Shown piece after piece: positions 29,203 through 38,699 of a stretch of DNA of 64,000 bases. Position numbers and translations under genes: made by a program. Position 1 is the first letter of the stretch; each line of letters opens with the position of its first letter. Origin of the DNA: an uncultured Anaerolineaceae bacterium (GTDB lineage Bacteria; Chloroflexota; Anaerolineae; Anaerolineales; Anaerolineaceae); assembly GCA_938020565.1 (NCBI GenBank), contig CALIHP010000055.1, positions 880 to 64,879 on the forward strand, written 5' to 3'. A model generated the notes under the pieces. That model did not search any database. It was not told the origin of the DNA and saw nothing but the letters and a program-made list of their open reading frames with translations.

Positions 29203-30771
29203 CTACAATTCCGCCGGCTTCCTGTCCGACAGTTTATTCGCCAGAATCGTCAGAACGCAGGCGACCAGCAGCGCCGCCAGCATCGCCAGAGCAAAATAGA
29301 GCCCCTTTCCCTCGTTCGCCATCGTCGGCGCCAGAATCGACGGGACGTACGCGATGCCTTTGACGTCGAAAAGCCCGACCAGCGCGCCCGAGACCGTCGC
29401 CGCGATCAGCGCGGAAGCGAATACCTTCCGGCTGGAGAACATGAACGGATACGCCGCCTCGACAAACGTCCCAAAGCCCATGTTAATCAGGAACCCGGTC
29501 AATGCAACCGCCCGGTCGCCCTTTTCCTTCGGCGCGATCATGTTCGCCAACGTAATCCCCGCCGAAACCATGACCAGCCCGGTCATATCGATCGCTCCGA
29601 GGAAGCTATATCCCGTCGCTTCCATCTCCAGAAGAACGATCGGCAATATTGCGGCATGGTAAACGCCGCCAATAATCGCCGGCCAGATCAGCAATCCCGC
29701 CAACGCCCCCGCAAGCATCGGGTTGAACGCCAGCGCCGACTCGATAACCGTCTTAATCCCGTTCCCAAGCCATAAAGCCACCGGCGCAATCAGGTACATC
29801 CCGATCAACCCTGCCGCCAGCCCGCCAAGCCCGCCGGCGGCGATATTCGCGGTCGTCCCGGGAAATTTCCAGTGGAGACATTGCAGAATGATATAGTAAG
29901 AAAAGACGCCCGCAAGGATTCCGCTCGCCAGTCCGCCGATAATTCCCCCTTCGACCGATAGCGTTCCAGCGACGATCCCGGCGACAATCCCGACTTCGTC
30001 AAGCCCCGAAACCTGCTTCGCGGCGATCGCGGCGATCAGGACCGGCAGCGCGCCAATCAGAATATTAAACGCGTTTTCGAGCGGCGCTAAAAACGGAACC
30101 TTGCTCAGCGCAAGACAGAGCGCCATCGCAATAAATCCGGGAAGCGAAGCCATCATGATCCCGCGGAAATTAATCCGCTTCCAGATATTGTCCCCAGCCG
30201 CGGACGATGCCGCCGCCGAACCGATAATCGGCATGTATTTCAAGTTCCATTCGCTCGCCAGCGCGGAGACGAACGCGACCGCCCGCGTCCGGTTCGTCGT
30301 CCCGGTCGTCCCGGACGCGGAAATCACCCGCGCGCCCAGCTTCTGCGCATTGGCTACTGAAGTCCCCCCGGTCCCAACGACGGGAAGCCCCTTTCGGGCG
30401 GCGGCGGCGATCGATTCCCGATTGACCCCGGTCGGATCGCAGCTCATCACGATCAGCCCGTCGATTTCCCCGGCGTCGATCTTCGCCGCCAGCTCTGAAT
30501 CGAGCCGTTTCGCGTCCTGATTAATCTCCGCCAGCGTTTTCTCTTCGCCGGGCTCGATCGCCGCGCCGCTCAGCGTATACAGTTTCGCCTTCGCGTCCAT
30601 CGCGATCCCGTCCATGCTTTTATCCGTACCGATAAACAAAACACAGACAATTTCCATGCCCGCCGATCGAGCCTGCGTCATAATCTCGGAAAACATCCGC
30701 TGTGGGTCGTTTCCGCCCTGCGAATATAAGTTTCCACCACTGCTGCCAAGAACTGCTACGGTTTTTCCCAT
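29203..30771 (-). CDS. PTS EIIC-like permease with a soluble N-terminal domain of about 200 aa
   Basis: GGIIGGLASG, GVYHA and GTFVEAAYPF resemble EIIC motifs; N-terminus VAVLGSSGGNLY. Confidence 0.65.
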   Translation of the reverse strand: MGKTVAVLGSSGGNLYSQGGNDPQRMFSEIMTQARSAGMEIVCVLFIGTDKSMDGIAMDAKAKLYTLSGAAIEPGEEKTLAEINQDAKRLDSELAAKIDAGEIDGLIVMSCDPTGVNRESIAAAARKGLPVVGTGGTSVANAQKLGARVISASGTTGTTNRTRAVAFVSALASEWNLKYMPIIGSAAASSAAGDNIWKRINFRGIMMASLPGFIAMALCLALSKVPFLAPLENAFNILIGALPVLIAAIAAKQVSGLDEVGIVAGIVAGTLSVEGGIIGGLASGILAGVFSYYIILQCLHWKFPGTTANIAAGGLGGLAAGLIGMYLIAPVALWLGNGIKTVIESALAFNPMLAGALAGLLIWPAIIGGVYHAAILPIVLLEMEATGYSFLGAIDMTGLVMVSAGITLANMIAPKEKGDRAVALTGFLINMGFGTFVEAAYPFMFSSRKVFASALIAATVSGALVGLFDVKGIAYVPSILAPTMANEGKGLYFALAMLAALLVACVLTILANKLSDRKPAEL

Positions 30772-31130
30772 TCTTTTCTCCCTTTTCATCCCTTTCCAAA
30801 TAGAATCCTTGATTCCATATGCTATCACAATTATACGTACATTTCAAGAAGCAAACTGTCATATTTGTATGATGACATTCGTCCATTCGAGGCGGGCGTC
30901 CTTCAATCCGGTCCTCCGGAGCGGCGCGGTCCGGAAAGCGTCCGCACCGACCGATAAATATATTACATTCGGCATACAAAACTCGTGATTTTTGACGATC
31001 AGTCATATTGTCAAACAACCTCAAAAAGGTTAAACTAAATACAGTAACCACAGGAAGGTTAGCCGGTTATATTGAGACGCCTCCGTTTCGAATGGTCCCC
31101 GCGCGGAGTAATATAAGAAGGAGAGTAATT

Positions 31131-34118
31131 ATGAGTGATCGAATGACGTGTATGCCGTTTGCACAATTATTGGATTGGGTTTTTACCGAATATGAAACCC
31201 GAAAAACCGTTTTCGGACAGCACCGCTTCTTCAAGGCCTCCGAAAAGCCAGGGCTGACGATCTTCGGACGAATGCTTGAAACGCCGCTGGGGCCGGCCGC
31301 CGGACCGCATACGCAGCTGTCGCAGAACATCGTCGCCGCATACGTTTCCGGCAGCCGTTTTTTCGAAGTCAAAACCGTGCAGATTATCGACGGTGAGGAC
31401 CTCCCGGTCAGCAAGCCTTGCATCAACGCCCATGACGAAGGGTACAATGTCGAATGGTCTACAGAACTGACCGTTCCCAACGCGATGCACGAATACATCA
31501 ACGCCTGGGTCCTGCTTCACCTGCTTGCGATTGAACTCGATCTGGGCTCTCCCAACGGCTTCCAGTTTAACATGAGCGTCGGCTACGACCTCGCCGGGAT
31601 TCAATCCGAAAAAATTAATACGTTTATCGACACGATGATGGACGCGTCAGGCAGCGACGCGTTCCAAACCGCGATCGACACAGCGATAAAATTTCTCCCA
31701 CGCCTTAAAAAAGTTACGGAAGCGGATATTCGCGCGATTCCTGCGAAAATCTGCAACTCGGCGACGCTGTCGACGCTGCATGGCTGCCCGCCGATCGAAA
31801 TCGAACGCATCGCAACCTACCTGATCGAGGAAAAAGGGCTGCATACATTTATCAAATGCAACCCGACGCTGCTCGGGTATAAATTCGCGCGGGAAACCCT
31901 CGATAAAATGGGCTACGATTATATTCAGTTCGGAACGCACCATTTCGAGCACGATCTCCAATGGGTCGACGCGATTCCAATGATGCAGCGACTGATCGAA
32001 AGGTCCGCCGCGAAGGATCTTGAATTCGGCGTTAAGATCACAAACACCTTCCCAGTCGAAATCAAGGCCGGCGAATTGCCTGGGAACGAAATGTACATGT
32101 CCGGCCGGGCGCTCTACGCGCTCTCCATTTCGTTAGCCGCGAAGCTGTCGACCGAATTCGGCGGAAAGCTCCGGATCTCCTATTCCGGCGGAATCGACCG
32201 GTTCAATATCGAGAAAGTCGTCAGCTGCGGAATCTGGCCGGTGACAATCGCGACGACGATGCTGAAGCCCGGCGGGTACCAGCGCGCGATCCAGCTCGCC
32301 GAGCTCTCTTCCGCCGCCGTCAAAACGCCGTTTACGAAAATCAACGTCGACGCGCTGAACGCGTTAGCCGCAGCCGTTCCGGCGGACAGGAACTATCGGA
32401 AATCGATCAAGATGCCCCCCTCCCGGAAGAACGGAAAGAAAGTTCCGCTGATCGATTGTTTTGTCGCCGGATGTCAGGAGGGCTGCCCGATTCATCAGGA
32501 TATTCCAACGTATATCCGCCTGAACGGGGAAGGAAAATTCGTCGATTCGCTCCGCGTGATCCTGGATCGCAACGCGCTCCCGTTTATTACCGGGACGATC
32601 TGCGCGCACCCCTGTATGAGCAATTGCGTCCGCACCGTATACGAATCGTCGATCGAAATCCGCGCGACAAAACTGAACTCCGCGGAAAAGGCCTTCGAAG
32701 AAGTTCTCGCCGAACTGAAGCCAACCGGGACTTCAAATAAACGTGTCGCCGTCGTCGGCGGCGGCCCGGGCGGAATCGCGGCCGCGTTTTATCTCGCGCG
32801 CGCCGGCGCCGCGGTCACGCTGTACGAAAAAACCGACGTCCTCGGCGGCATCGTGCATCACGTTATCCCGAACTTCCGAATCGGCGCGGACGTCATTCAG
32901 AAAGACGTCGCCTTCATCGAGAAACTGGGCGTCAGGATCGAAACCGGGCGGGAAATTACCGACGTAGCGGCGTTGAAAGCCGAAGGATTCGACGCGGTCG
33001 TCCTCGCCCTCGGGGCCTCGGCGCTCAGCTATATTCAAGTCGACGGGATCGCCGTCCGGAACGCGATCGAATTCCTTGAAGAATTCAACCGGACGAACGC
33101 TCAGGTCGATCTGGGAAAGAAAGTCGTCGTGATCGGCGGCGGCAATACCGCCATGGATACCGCCCGGGCGGCGAAGCGGACCGTTGGCGTAGAGGAGGTC
33201 TCGCTCGTCTATCGCCGAACGATGCGGTACATGCCCGCCGACGAAGAAGAGCTTCGCTACGCGCTCGAAGACGGCGTAGCCTTCAAGGAGCTCCTGTCGC
33301 CGGTCAAATGGGAAAACGGCGAACTTCACTGCCGCCAGCTGGAACTCGGCGAGCCGGACGCGTCCGGGCGGCGCGGCTTCGTCGACACCGGGGAAACCGT
33401 CACGATCCCCTGCGACAGCGTCATCGCCGCCATCGGCGAAAAGGTCCCGGCGAAGTTCTACGAAGCGAACGGGATCGCGCTGAGCGACCGCGGTATTCCA
33501 ACCCTGAGCCCCGCTTATGAAACGTCGGTGGAAGGCGTTTATCTCTGCGGCGACGGAAGAATCGGCCCGGCGACGATCGTCCAGGCCGAAGCCGACGCAA
33601 TCGTCGTTTCCAACGCAATCTTAGGGATCCGCGAACAAAGGTTCAGGCCAGTCCCGGATCAGCTTTCAAATATCTATTCAAAACGCGGAATTTTGAATCA
33701 CCCGTCGGTGAAAGTTCATGAACAGAACCGCTGTCTGTCCTGTTCGACGATCTGTGAAATCTGTACCGAAGTCTGTCCGAATCGTGCGAACGTCGCGGTC
33801 ACGGTTCCCGGGATCGACATGCCGCAGATTATCCACGTCGATTACATGTGCAACGAGTGCGGCAACTGCGAAACGTTCTGCCCATGGACCAGCGCGCCGT
33901 ACAAAGATAAATTAACGCTGTTCGCAACCGAAGCCGATTTCGAAGACAGCGCCAACAACGGCTTTCTCGTCCTGGATCGCGACGCGCTCCGCTATAAAGT
34001 CCGGCTCCTCGGGCGCGTCTTCGAGACGAGCGGGAAAGAATCCGATCCCGCGCTGCCGCGCGACGTTCGCGACACATTCAACGCCCTCGTCGCCGATTAT
34101 GCGTGGATGATCCCGTAA
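31131..34118 (+). CDS. ygfK: YgfK-like Fe-S flavoprotein (putative selenate reductase subunit family)
   Basis: GPAAGPHTQL, STLHGCPP, GGGPGG and GGGNTAMD motifs; C-terminal CNECGNC ferredoxin motifs; AAGGAG RBS. Confidence 0.9.
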   Translation: MSDRMTCMPFAQLLDWVFTEYETRKTVFGQHRFFKASEKPGLTIFGRMLETPLGPAAGPHTQLSQNIVAAYVSGSRFFEVKTVQIIDGEDLPVSKPCINAHDEGYNVEWSTELTVPNAMHEYINAWVLLHLLAIELDLGSPNGFQFNMSVGYDLAGIQSEKINTFIDTMMDASGSDAFQTAIDTAIKFLPRLKKVTEADIRAIPAKICNSATLSTLHGCPPIEIERIATYLIEEKGLHTFIKCNPTLLGYKFARETLDKMGYDYIQFGTHHFEHDLQWVDAIPMMQRLIERSAAKDLEFGVKITNTFPVEIKAGELPGNEMYMSGRALYALSISLAAKLSTEFGGKLRISYSGGIDRFNIEKVVSCGIWPVTIATTMLKPGGYQRAIQLAELSSAAVKTPFTKINVDALNALAAAVPADRNYRKSIKMPPSRKNGKKVPLIDCFVAGCQEGCPIHQDIPTYIRLNGEGKFVDSLRVILDRNALPFITGTICAHPCMSNCVRTVYESSIEIRATKLNSAEKAFEEVLAELKPTGTSNKRVAVVGGGPGGIAAAFYLARAGAAVTLYEKTDVLGGIVHHVIPNFRIGADVIQKDVAFIEKLGVRIETGREITDVAALKAEGFDAVVLALGASALSYIQVDGIAVRNAIEFLEEFNRTNAQVDLGKKVVVIGGGNTAMDTARAAKRTVGVEEVSLVYRRTMRYMPADEEELRYALEDGVAFKELLSPVKWENGELHCRQLELGEPDASGRRGFVDTGETVTIPCDSVIAAIGEKVPAKFYEANGIALSDRGIPTLSPAYETSVEGVYLCGDGRIGPATIVQAEADAIVVSNAILGIREQRFRPVPDQLSNIYSKRGILNHPSVKVHEQNRCLSCSTICEICTEVCPNRANVAVTVPGIDMPQIIHVDYMCNECGNCETFCPWTSAPYKDKLTLFATEADFEDSANNGFLVLDRDALRYKVRLLGRVFETSGKESDPALPRDVRDTFNALVADYAWMIP

Positions 34119-34267
34119 TAACTCGCAACGCTGATGCGGCGTCCGATCGTTCCGAACCGGACAATCCGTGAACCGGGAAGGTCGGACGCCGTTAACGGAA
34201 ACGCGAAATCATCCTTCGCTTCAGTCAAACTCGGCGCCGGGGAAAATCGAAAACCCTGACGCCGTTT

Positions 34268-35224
34268 TCATTTCCGCTCTTGTTGTTTTTCCGTTGTCTC
34301 CGAAACCAGCGATTGTTCGATAAAAGCGTTAATCGCGGTATAAACGGGATTCTCCTGATGCGGAACGCAGTCCTGAACCCAGCTCCACCAGAAAAAACCG
34401 CCGGCGAAGCGGTCGCTCAATCGTTCCATACCGTAGTAAGCCTTCGCCATCGTGATTTTACTTTCGACCGTCGCGTCCTGCGCCGTATTTCCGCATTCGC
34501 CAATCCCAATTGCTGCGTCGGGGAATTCGCGTTCAAGCGAGCGAAAAACCTGCTCCCAATCCGGAAGGCAGCCGTTGTTATCGTCCTCGTAATAACTGAT
34601 AAAAGCGTAATCGACGTTCCCGCTTAATCGCGCCGGAAGATATCGGGCCAACCACGCGAACAGGTCCTGATCGGCGGGATCGGCGTAATAAAGCGTCAGC
34701 GCGGTTTTCCCGCCGCGCGATTTTATATAATCGTTCGCCGCGAGCGTTTTCGCGATGATCAGTTCCGGATCCTGACGAATCCACGCCACGCCGTTTATTT
34801 CATTTCCGATTTCCCAGATATCAACATAAGGAGCCAGAATCTCGTAAGCCGCTCGAAACCGCTCAACGTAAGATTCAGCGTCCGGATATCCGCGCATGTA
34901 ATACGAATCGACCGGCTCCGCCATGACGGTCGCGACGGCGGAAACCGCGGCGAACAGTTCACGGTATTCATCCATCGATATGTCATCCGCCATAACGATC
35001 CGCACCGTCGGTTTAACCGGCATCGACCGCAGCGCATCTGTAATCGCGTCCGGCTCAATCTCACCGTACCATAAATCGTCGACCGTAACGCCGAATATCC
35101 GCTCTGCCGGCGCTGCGCTTGTCGGGCTTGCCGCCGCGGCGGCCCGGTTCAATCCGGTCATCAGGATAAAAAGTCCGACGGAAGATAAAATTCGAAGGAT
35201 CCATGACGAAAAACGTTTCAGCAT
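34268..35224 (-). CDS. Secreted glycoside-hydrolase-like TIM barrel protein
   Basis: N-terminal signal-like region; WEIGNEING and IGECG resemble clan GH-A catalytic Glu motifs. Confidence 0.55.
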   Translation of the reverse strand: MLKRFSSWILRILSSVGLFILMTGLNRAAAAASPTSAAPAERIFGVTVDDLWYGEIEPDAITDALRSMPVKPTVRIVMADDISMDEYRELFAAVSAVATVMAEPVDSYYMRGYPDAESYVERFRAAYEILAPYVDIWEIGNEINGVAWIRQDPELIIAKTLAANDYIKSRGGKTALTLYYADPADQDLFAWLARYLPARLSGNVDYAFISYYEDDNNGCLPDWEQVFRSLEREFPDAAIGIGECGNTAQDATVESKITMAKAYYGMERLSDRFAGGFFWWSWVQDCVPHQENPVYTAINAFIEQSLVSETTEKQQERK

Positions 35225-35283
35225 GGCTCCATTTTAACGAAAATTGTGAAGATTTTATCCTAGAATGCTATAATCATTCCATC

Positions 35284-35643
35284 ATGAACAAGACCAGCGT
35301 CACCGTTTTCAGCACCGAATCCGGACGGCACTGTCCGAATTGCGGCATGCCGGTATCCGAATGCGCCTGTAAACCCGCGGGCGCGAATTCGCCGCAATGG
35401 AAAGACGACGTGATCCGTGTCCGCCGTGAAAAACAGGGGCGGAACGGAAAAGAAGTTACAACCGTCCGCAACTTCCCCGGAACAACGGACGAGCTCCGAC
35501 GACACGCGACCGCGCTGAAGAAGGCGCTCGGGACCGGCGGAAGCGAGAAAAACGGAACGCTCGAAATCCAGGGCGATCACGTCGATCGCGTTATCGCTTA
35601 TTTCAAAAATATCAACATGAAAATCAAAAAAGACGGAGGATAA
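35284..35643 (+). CDS. yciH: SUI1/YciH-family translation factor
   Basis: REKQGRNGKEVT, LKKALGTGG and IQGDH motifs; N-terminal CxxC...CxC. Confidence 0.88.
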   Translation: MNKTSVTVFSTESGRHCPNCGMPVSECACKPAGANSPQWKDDVIRVRREKQGRNGKEVTTVRNFPGTTDELRRHATALKKALGTGGSEKNGTLEIQGDHVDRVIAYFKNINMKIKKDGG

Positions 35644-35652
35644 ACGACCCGC

Positions 35653-37338
35653 ATGGCGCAGGATCCGAACAAAGTTATTTACTCGATGATCGGGGTTTCA
35701 AAAACCTATGGTCAGAAATATGTCTTAAAAGATATTTACTTGTCCTACTTTTACGGCGCGAAAATCGGCGTCCTCGGGCTGAACGGGGCGGGGAAATCGT
35801 CGCTGTTAAAGATTCTCGCCGGCGTCGATAAAGACTTTATCGGCGAAACGATCCTTTCTCCGGGCTTCACGATCGGTTACCTTGAACAGGAGCCGCTCGT
35901 CGACAGCCGGAAAACCGTCCGCGAGGTCGTCGAAGAAGGCGTTCAGGACGCGATCGACCTCCTCAAGGAATTTGAAGAGGTCAGCGCGAAATTCGCCGAG
36001 CCAATGAGCGACGGGGAAATGGATAAGCTGATCGCGCGACAGGGCAGAATTCAGGAGAAAATCGACGCGCTGGACGCCTGGGATATCGACGCCCGCCTGG
36101 AAATGGCGATGGACGCGCTGCGCTGCCCTCCCGGCGATACGAACGTTTCCGTCCTCTCCGGCGGCGAAAAACGCCGTGTCGCGTTATGCCGGCTGTTATT
36201 GAAACGACCGGATATTCTCCTCCTCGACGAACCGACGAATCATCTTGACGCGGAAGCGGTCGCCTGGCTCGAACGCCATCTCCAGCAGTATCCCGGAACG
36301 GTAATCGCCGTGACGCATGATCGCTACTTCCTTGATCATGTCGCGGGCTGGATTCTCGAACTCGACCGCGGTCAGGGAATCCCCTATCAGGGAAACTATT
36401 CGTCATGGCTGGAACAGAAGAAATCGCGCCTTTCGCTCGAAGAAAAGGGCGAATCCCAGCGTCAGCGTACGCTCGAACGCGAACTGGAATGGATCCGAAT
36501 GTCGCCGAAGGGGCAGCACAGCAAATCCAAAGCGCGCATTGCCGCCTATGAAAAGCTTCTCAGCGAGGATACGGTCAAACGTGCCGAGGAGCTGCAGCTG
36601 TTTATTCCGCCGGGGCCGCGACTGGGGAACCTGGTGATCGAGATGAGCGACGTGCGAAAGGTCTACGGCGATCGGATTATTTTAGATAACGTGACCTTCA
36701 GCCTTCCGCCCGGCGGCGTCATCGGGATCATCGGGCCAAACGGCGCGGGGAAGACAACGCTTTTCCGCTTGATCGTCGGCGAAGAGAAGCCCGACGGCGG
36801 AACGATCCGAATCGGGGAAAGCGTGAAGCTCGGCTATATGAACCAGAGCCGTGACAGCCTCGATCCGGAGAAAAATATCTGGGAAGTTATTTCCGGCGGC
36901 GCGGACGAAATCCGGATCGGAGATCGAAAAATCAACTCGCGCGCCTACGTATCGCGCTTTAACTTTAACGGAACCGATCAGCAGAAAAAAGTCGGAACGC
37001 TCTCCGGCGGAGAACGGAACCGCGTCCAGCTGGCGCGGACGCTGACCGCGGAAGCGAACGTCCTCCTCCTCGATGAACCGACGAACGATCTCGACGTCAA
37101 CACCATCCGCGCGCTCGAAGAAGGGCTGGAAAATTTCGCCGGCTGCGCGCTGGTTATTTCACATGACCGCTGGTTCCTTGACCGGATCGCAACGCATATC
37201 CTCGCGTTTGAAGACGACAGTTCGGTCCTCTTTTTTGACGGGAACTACACGCAATATGAGGCCGATCGCAAAGCGCGGCTCGGCATTGCCGCGGACACGC
37301 CGCATCGGATCAAGTACCGTTCGCTGACGAGAATCTAA
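35653..37338 (+). CDS. ettA: Energy-dependent translational throttle ABC-F EttA
   Basis: GAKIGVLGLNGAGKS, ELEWIR, IPPGPRLG and SRAYVSRFNF motifs. Confidence 0.95.
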   Translation: MAQDPNKVIYSMIGVSKTYGQKYVLKDIYLSYFYGAKIGVLGLNGAGKSSLLKILAGVDKDFIGETILSPGFTIGYLEQEPLVDSRKTVREVVEEGVQDAIDLLKEFEEVSAKFAEPMSDGEMDKLIARQGRIQEKIDALDAWDIDARLEMAMDALRCPPGDTNVSVLSGGEKRRVALCRLLLKRPDILLLDEPTNHLDAEAVAWLERHLQQYPGTVIAVTHDRYFLDHVAGWILELDRGQGIPYQGNYSSWLEQKKSRLSLEEKGESQRQRTLERELEWIRMSPKGQHSKSKARIAAYEKLLSEDTVKRAEELQLFIPPGPRLGNLVIEMSDVRKVYGDRIILDNVTFSLPPGGVIGIIGPNGAGKTTLFRLIVGEEKPDGGTIRIGESVKLGYMNQSRDSLDPEKNIWEVISGGADEIRIGDRKINSRAYVSRFNFNGTDQQKKVGTLSGGERNRVQLARTLTAEANVLLLDEPTNDLDVNTIRALEEGLENFAGCALVISHDRWFLDRIATHILAFEDDSSVLFFDGNYTQYEADRKARLGIAADTPHRIKYRSLTRI

Positions 37339-37356
37339 GACGGGCTGTTAAAAACC

Positions 37357-37431
37357 CATACCGCCGCGAAGTTCATGCGGCGGTATGCAAAGCCAAGGCT
37401 CCGAATCCAGACGGTATCCGGATTCGGAGCC
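37357..37431. terminator. Two tandem hairpins between convergent genes
   Basis: CATACCGCCGC/GCGGCGGTATG and GGCTCCGAATCC/GGATTCGGAGCC inverted repeats. Confidence 0.5.
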
Positions 37432-37437
37432 ATATTA

Positions 37438-38376
37438 TTACTCCCAGTTCGTGAAACTCAGCGCCATGGAAAAATTCGCAGGATATACTTCCGACTGAAT
37501 ATTCCATTCTGAATCCGAATAGATCACCTCAAACGATGGTTCCGTCAGCATCAGATTGATACTTCCAAGCTTTGTATACGGATAGAGGCCCAATTCGTCA
37601 TAAACGAAAAGGCTTTCAAAACGAGCCTCCTTTGCAGCGTCGTCCATCAGTTCAGATGAACCGCCTTCAGGATATTGCGGATACCCTTCGCATCCCATCG
37701 CCCGCATAGACCCATTATAGGAAAACGATTCGCATTTGCTATTTTGAGATATATACTCATTTACATATTCAGCTATCTCTGTCATACCGAATTCAACCCG
37801 GTTATAACTGAGATGAACCCGATCCACAGCGACGGAAACAGAGCTGTTCGTCCGGATTAAAGGAAGCTGAAAATCCGATTGAGCGGACAACTGCACCGCA
37901 GAGATCGGTTCCATGTCCTTGAAAAAGGCGATAGAAAACGGATACTGATCAGGAAACACCTCATCAAAATAAACGTCTTTTTCGCGGAGAACCGAAACCG
38001 ATTTCGTCAATTCCCCAAAATGAACAATAAGTCCTGATAACTCCGCGTCGTCAGGGATCACCACATCGCTGAACTCAAAAGATACCTTCGGCGAAACGCA
38101 TTCATCATCCAGATCCGCTTCCGCCAGATTTTCATCTATGAAAGAAACCTCGCAGGGAAGCCCGGCGTCCATTGAAGGATCAGCTTGAGAAAATATAAAC
38201 CTGAGATTTTTCCCGGCCGAATCATATTCGAACGAATCCAGCTTAAAGCCCGCCTCTCGGTCAACCTCATAGGTCAGTTCCGGAATATCTTCCGCGAAAA
38301 CAGGCGCAGTTATCAACACAGCGAGCATAGCGAGCATAGCGAACGCAATGACCAAAAAGTTGCAAATCCATTTCAT
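37438..38376 (-). CDS. Secreted acidic hypothetical protein
   Basis: Signal peptide ending PVFA; visibly AT-richer than neighbouring genes. Confidence 0.6.
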   Translation of the reverse strand: MKWICNFLVIAFAMLAMLAVLITAPVFAEDIPELTYEVDREAGFKLDSFEYDSAGKNLRFIFSQADPSMDAGLPCEVSFIDENLAEADLDDECVSPKVSFEFSDVVIPDDAELSGLIVHFGELTKSVSVLREKDVYFDEVFPDQYPFSIAFFKDMEPISAVQLSAQSDFQLPLIRTNSSVSVAVDRVHLSYNRVEFGMTEIAEYVNEYISQNSKCESFSYNGSMRAMGCEGYPQYPEGGSSELMDDAAKEARFESLFVYDELGLYPYTKLGSINLMLTEPSFEVIYSDSEWNIQSEVYPANFSMALSFTNWE

Positions 38377-38621
38377 TGTAATCACCTTCCTTTCTTTCAT
38401 CTGATAAATAGTTCCAAATCAAATTCCGGATTTTACTTTAAACTATTACCATTATTGAGGTCAGTATATCATATGAATATGGGCACCCTGTAATACATAT
38501 ATCATTTTTTTTGGTTACATACATCCGTATTCAATCTGGCTTTAAATCCCACTTCCCCTCTCGCAGTGACATTCCGCCGGATAAAAAATGACAATCAGTT
38601 TCGCGCGGGAACGGCGAAGAA

Positions 38622-38655
38622 TGATACAATTGCCATGCTTGTAAACGTTTACAAG
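38622..38655 (+). promoter_or_regulatory. iol operon extended -10 plus LacI-type operator
   Basis: TGATACAAT, then the perfect palindrome CTTGTAAACGTTTACAAG (38638-38655). Confidence 0.75.
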
Positions 38656-38699
38656 GCCGCTGTTAACCTATTCAGCCAATCAAAGGAGCTATTTTTCTC

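Noticed and set aside
31131..34118. Selenocysteine recoding or true selenate reduction by YgfK
   Set aside because: No in-frame TGA; the family name is a legacy annotation.
37341..37357. GGGCTGTTAAAAACCC as an IS terminal repeat
   Set aside because: No matching partner end, target duplication or transposase found.
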